From Leptospiraceae bacterium (GTDB lineage Bacteria > Spirochaetota > Leptospiria > Leptospirales > Leptonemataceae), in assembly GCA_040217195.1 (NCBI GenBank), contig JAVJNR010000005.1:96001-160000 (forward strand): 64,000 nt of DNA. The letters run 5' to 3'. Below, in pieces: positions 60,218 through 64,000 of this stretch. The notes below the pieces were generated by a model. That model was not told where the DNA came from, did not search any database, and saw nothing but the letters and a program-made list of their open reading frames with translations. Position numbers and translations under genes: made by a program. The number at the start of each line of letters is the position of its first letter. Within the stretch, counting starts at the first letter, position 1.

Positions 60218-61303
60218 TCACAACTCCAGTCTGGATTTCAATTCTTCCGCACTCAATTCAGGCGATCCCTGGCCAGACTCTTCTGCATCCTTCACCAGCT
60301 GTACTATAGACGAATTAATTGGTGCTCGCAATCCTTTCGAACGGGCCAGGCGAACGATCTCTCCGTTCAAGAAGTCAATTTCAGTCGTCCTGGCAGCAAT
60401 CAGATCTTGAGCAAGAGAGGTCATGGCCGTCGGATCGATATTGATCATGGTGGAAGCCACGCGAAAGAACAGAAAATCCGGAAGCTTTAAAACAGTGGGC
60501 GCAATACCTGGAATTATCTTTCCCAGACGGACCATCTTTATTCCAGCTGCCCGGTAGATTCCCAGGGCCTCCTGCATACAGGCTGCGATAATACGTCGAT
60601 AATTACGATCGGAAAGCATCTGCCGAATGGGGATGCCTGCAAGAGCATTGATTCCATTGTTCAGATTCAGTAGTAGTTTGCTCCACTGAACATTCTCTAT
60701 GTCGGATCGCAAAAAGGTTTCAATCCCGGATGCATTCAAATCATCGGCAATGCCTCGAGCAATTTGAGCCATGGCTGCATCCCGGGGCAATTCGATAGAA
60801 ATTGGACCGGACGTGGACTGACGAAAATGATTCCCCTGGCGAACTACATTGTAGGTCACCATTCCAGCAAAGACAAGATGATCCGGAAGACCTTCTTTTA
60901 GTATCCGGGCCGCCCCCAGTCCGTTTTGCAATGAGACTACCGCAGAGCCCCTGGCAGCGAATTTCTGAATCTGATTGGCCGCTTCATCGCTTCCAGCGCT
61001 CTTGACTGCCACCAGGATATTCTGGCAGTTCGACAGATCATCTGCAGATTCAGAAATTGCAACGGAACCGACTGCCAATTCGTTCGATTTCTCAACGTCT
61101 CCAGACTTTGGATTTACAACATTTAAATGTGTGGTCTTAGCATCCACAGATTCCAGTTCCAGACCCTGTTTTTCCAGAGTGGATAGAATTCTGGCACGTC
61201 CAATTAGTAGCACCCTGTGGCCGTTAGAAGCCAGCCATCCACCGGTATAGCAACCAATGGATCCAGCTCCCAGAATAGCATAATCGAAGGGTTTTTGGTT
61301 CAT
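60218..61303 (-). CDS. panE: 2-dehydropantoate 2-reductase
   Basis: LGAGSIG, VAVKS, LQNG, WSKLLLN, SLAQDL...RTTEIDFLNGEIV. Confidence 0.92.
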   Translation of the reverse strand: MNQKPFDYAILGAGSIGCYTGGWLASNGHRVLLIGRARILSTLEKQGLELESVDAKTTHLNVVNPKSGDVEKSNELAVGSVAISESADDLSNCQNILVAVKSAGSDEAANQIQKFAARGSAVVSLQNGLGAARILKEGLPDHLVFAGMVTYNVVRQGNHFRQSTSGPISIELPRDAAMAQIARGIADDLNASGIETFLRSDIENVQWSKLLLNLNNGINALAGIPIRQMLSDRNYRRIIAACMQEALGIYRAAGIKMVRLGKIIPGIAPTVLKLPDFLFFRVASTMINIDPTAMTSLAQDLIAARTTEIDFLNGEIVRLARSKGLRAPINSSIVQLVKDAEESGQGSPELSAEELKSRLEL

Positions 61304-61349
61304 TCAGGCCTCGCAGTTTAACTTCTCGGCTGCCTGAAATTCTGGCCAT

Positions 61350-61373
61350 AAAAAAAGGGGGCCCTGGCCCCCT
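61350..61373 (-). terminator. Rho-independent terminator after the desaturase gene
   Basis: Minus strand AGGGGGC-CAGG-GCCCCCT followed by a T tract. Confidence 0.8.
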
Positions 61374-61406
61374 GAAAAAAGTTAGTGCTTGATGCTTGTA
61401 TCAAAA

Positions 61407-62513
61407 CTAGGCCACAGATGCAGTCTCTCTTCCAGCCATGCGAATCCGACTCTTCTGATTGTTGTAAGCAGATAGTAACGCTTTTCGGCTGCGTTTTAGA
61501 GTTTTGCCCAGGTCTGTAGCCGAAGGGGCCTTTTCTTTTCTTGCTTTGTTGTAGGCTTTTCTGGCCTGCTTCAAGTCAGAAGCTACCTGGTTAAACTGCT
61601 CCATATCTGATTCCACTCTGGATCGAGCGGATGCGTCCAGTTTGGAAGCCTTCATTTCCAGCTTGCTTTCAAGAATCTTTTCATCCGGCATACGAATCAG
61701 ATTGGAGGCCAGACCTAATTTCGATAGGGTCCAGATCATCCATTTGGACGGATCATATTGCCAGGCTCGAATCCCATTTCTATAATCCGCTGGATATTCA
61801 TGATGATAGTTATGATACCCTTCGCCAAAAGTGAATAGTGCCGATATCCAGCTATCGCGAGCTGTATGTTTATTCGAATAGGGCTGACGTCCCAGGGAAT
61901 GGCATACTGAGTTGATGCAAAAGGTTCCATGGTGAACGACTACCACTCGAACCAGGCCTGCAATCAACACTCCGCCCCAGAAGTCTCCCCAGGCCAGTGC
62001 AACCAGTCCAGGAAATAGAAAGCATACAAAAAGACCGAAAGCGGTGTAATAGTTATGCTGAAATCGAATGAATGGATCAGCCCATAGATCTTTAACCTGG
62101 TTAATATCTACTTTTGCTCGGCCATTGGTTCCTCGCTTTACAAAAAGCCAGCCAATGTGCGCATGAAAGAAACCCTTGTTTATAGAATAGGGATCCTGAT
62201 CTGTATCAACAAATCGGTGATGGTTTCTATGATCATGAGACCATTCAATGACTGATTTTTCCAGAGCGCCTGCTCCAAAAAACGTCAAAAGCCAGCGAAT
62301 GGGCGCTGCCGCTTCGTAGCTCTTATGCGAAAACAAACGATGATAGCCCACTGTAATGCCCATTCCTGTAGCGAAAGCCAGTACGAAAGCCAGGGTCACA
62401 GTTTGCCACTGAAAGGCATCGTAGTAGAAATAGTACGTCAGGGCGGCGGCGGCGCCAAGAGGGCTGAGTATCAGAAACACTCCAGTAGACCAACGAAAAT
62501 CCTTTAGTTTCAT
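61407..62513 (-). CDS. Delta-9 acyl-CoA/lipid desaturase
   Basis: His boxes HRLFSH, HRNHH, HNYHH; GEGYHN. Confidence 0.95.
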   Translation of the reverse strand: MKLKDFRWSTGVFLILSPLGAAAALTYYFYYDAFQWQTVTLAFVLAFATGMGITVGYHRLFSHKSYEAAAPIRWLLTFFGAGALEKSVIEWSHDHRNHHRFVDTDQDPYSINKGFFHAHIGWLFVKRGTNGRAKVDINQVKDLWADPFIRFQHNYYTAFGLFVCFLFPGLVALAWGDFWGGVLIAGLVRVVVVHHGTFCINSVCHSLGRQPYSNKHTARDSWISALFTFGEGYHNYHHEYPADYRNGIRAWQYDPSKWMIWTLSKLGLASNLIRMPDEKILESKLEMKASKLDASARSRVESDMEQFNQVASDLKQARKAYNKARKEKAPSATDLGKTLKRSRKALLSAYNNQKSRIRMAGRETASVA

Positions 62514-62758
62514 ATTATCTCCTATTTTATACCATGGCTTCTGTGCTCTCTACGGGCAGGAGAAGCCTAATCCGGAGGCCATAAGGCCTTTGCTTTATCT
62601 AATGCACATAAGAGTCCGATTTGGATCCGTAGTTGCAAAAAAATATGGAAACGAATTCTTTTCCTTCTCCGGGGAGATAGCCGACGATCTGTCAGATTTA
62701 AGGACTGTGAGCGGAATTCTAATTGCGACACAAGGTCCGGGCCACAGATTAGAACAGA

Positions 62759-64000
62759 ATGAAAGCTGTGAAAATCCTCCTGTATTCTTTCCTATCGCTT
62801 CTGGGCGTTCTGTTTCTGGCCTATCTTGCTTTGCCCACAGGACCAAGAGATACTATGAAGTTCGAGGATCCACAGGGCAAGCGTCGATCCGCAGCCCGGG
62901 GACAGGAGTATATGGTGGTAACTGGCACTCCCTGGGCCACCGAAACAGCCGTTCAGGTTCTGGAAGATGGCGGGACGGCCTGCGATGCAACCGTTGCCGC
63001 TCTATTGATGATCAATGTCACCTACGGCGAAGCGGCCAGCTTTCCTTCAGTGGCCCCACTTCTGCATTACAATGCCTCCAACGAGACGATTCGAAGCTAT
63101 GCAGGAGTGGGTACAGCACCGTCAAAGGCTACCATTGAATTCTTTCGCAGCCAGGGACATGAAACTGTACCGCGCAGAAGCATCCTGGCTCAATTGATTC
63201 CGGCCTCTCCGGATGCGATGGTATCTCTACTTCAGGATTGCGGTACCATGAGCTTTGGAGAACTGGCCCGGCCTGCGATCCAAATGGCCGAACAGGGCTT
63301 TCCAGTGCACAACAGTATGCTGGAAAACTTTGAAATGGGTCTTTTTACCCGGTTGGGCTTCACCATCCTGATGCCCTATAATGCAGAGGTCTATTTAGGA
63401 GGTCAATGGTGGCGTCCACTACATCATGGAGATCGTTTCAGACGACCGGACCTGGCCAGAACCTTGCAGGAACTTGTGGATGCAGAACGAAAAGCTCTGG
63501 ATACTGGTTCTTCACGTACAGAGGCTCTTCAGGTAGTGCGTAACTATTTCTATCGGGGCCCCATTGCACAGAAAATTGTGGAATTCCATGCGAAAGAAGA
63601 TGGCCTGATATCTGACGATGATCTGGCCAATTACCGGGGATTCTGGGATGAACCACTTTCTGCGCAATTTGGCGAATACACAATCCTGACCAATCCCACC
63701 TACACTCAGGGCATCGCATTGCTTCTGGCCCTGAAGATTCTAGAAAACGATCAGCAGTATTTGAAAGATGCAGGCCATAACAGTCCAGAATATGCCCATC
63801 GAGTACTGCAGGCCATAGAATTGGCCATGGCGGACAGGGAAGCCTACGCCGGAGACCCATCTTTTGTGAATGTACCTCTGGATGAACTTCTGGGTCCGGA
63901 CTATGCCTCCAGGCGAAGAAGGCATTTACAGAAGCAAGCATTTGAACAAACACCACCGGCACTCACTCTGGAAGCCTCGGCGGATAACTCTTCTATGCGC
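62759..64000 (+). CDS. ggt: Gamma-glutamyltransferase family protein (runs off right edge)
   Basis: Not in the ORF track. ATG 62759, N-terminal TM, MVVTGTPWATETAVQVLEDGGTACDA, PAIQMAEQGFPV, FYRGPIA, AMADREAYAGDP. Confidence 0.9.
   Translation, partial: MKAVKILLYSFLSLLGVLFLAYLALPTGPRDTMKFEDPQGKRRSAARGQEYMVVTGTPWATETAVQVLEDGGTACDATVAALLMINVTYGEAASFPSVAPLLHYNASNETIRSYAGVGTAPSKATIEFFRSQGHETVPRRSILAQLIPASPDAMVSLLQDCGTMSFGELARPAIQMAEQGFPVHNSMLENFEMGLFTRLGFTILMPYNAEVYLGGQWWRPLHHGDRFRRPDLARTLQELVDAERKALDTGSSRTEALQVVRNYFYRGPIAQKIVEFHAKEDGLISDDDLANYRGFWDEPLSAQFGEYTILTNPTYTQGIALLLALKILENDQQYLKDAGHNSPEYAHRVLQAIELAMADREAYAGDPSFVNVPLDELLGPDYASRRRRHLQKQAFEQTPPALTLEASADNSSMR

Noticed and set aside
62590..63962. 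ORFs 62590-63138 (+) and 63438-63962 (-)
   Set aside because: Off-frame or antisense shadows of the ggt gene starting at 62759.
1..64000. tRNA, rRNA, transposase, integrase or prophage genes
   Set aside because: None recognisable in the ORFs or intergenic regions; the remaining short ORFs overlap well-supported genes.

Overview
This is a chromosomal segment from a spirochaete, most likely of the Leptospiraceae. The evidence is a FlaB-type periplasmic flagellin, flgG-flgA-flgH-flgI-flgJ, an LA_2272-type repeat surface protein, a DUF1577/PilZ-like protein and a SpoIIE phosphatase with the 'DAMGKS' motif. It is mostly housekeeping and envelope/signalling DNA: an sco-coxBACD caa3 (A2-type) oxidase operon, panB, panE, uvrA, an MCP, an orphan cheR, two LTA-synthase/sulfatase-like proteins, NupC, a fatty-acid desaturase and an orphan DNA methyltransferase. 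Two edge-truncated genes missing from the ORF track are a PAS sensor at the left end and a gamma-glutamyltransferase at the right end. I found no rRNA, tRNA, CRISPR array, transposase or prophage. The items most worth a second look are (i) a 4 x 101-bp tandem array of self-folding units after panB; (ii) a ~165-nt irregular long hairpin with plus-strand G.U pairs at 60017-60180 (candidate unannotated ncRNA); (iii) a membrane-anchorless SPFH/coiled-coil protein paired with a divergent NAD-kinase-fold enzyme; (iv) a four-hairpin element inside the cox operon; and (v) sigma-28-like -10 boxes exactly 7 nt before the ATGs of flgG and flgJ. All family calls come from motif recognition by eye, not from database searches.
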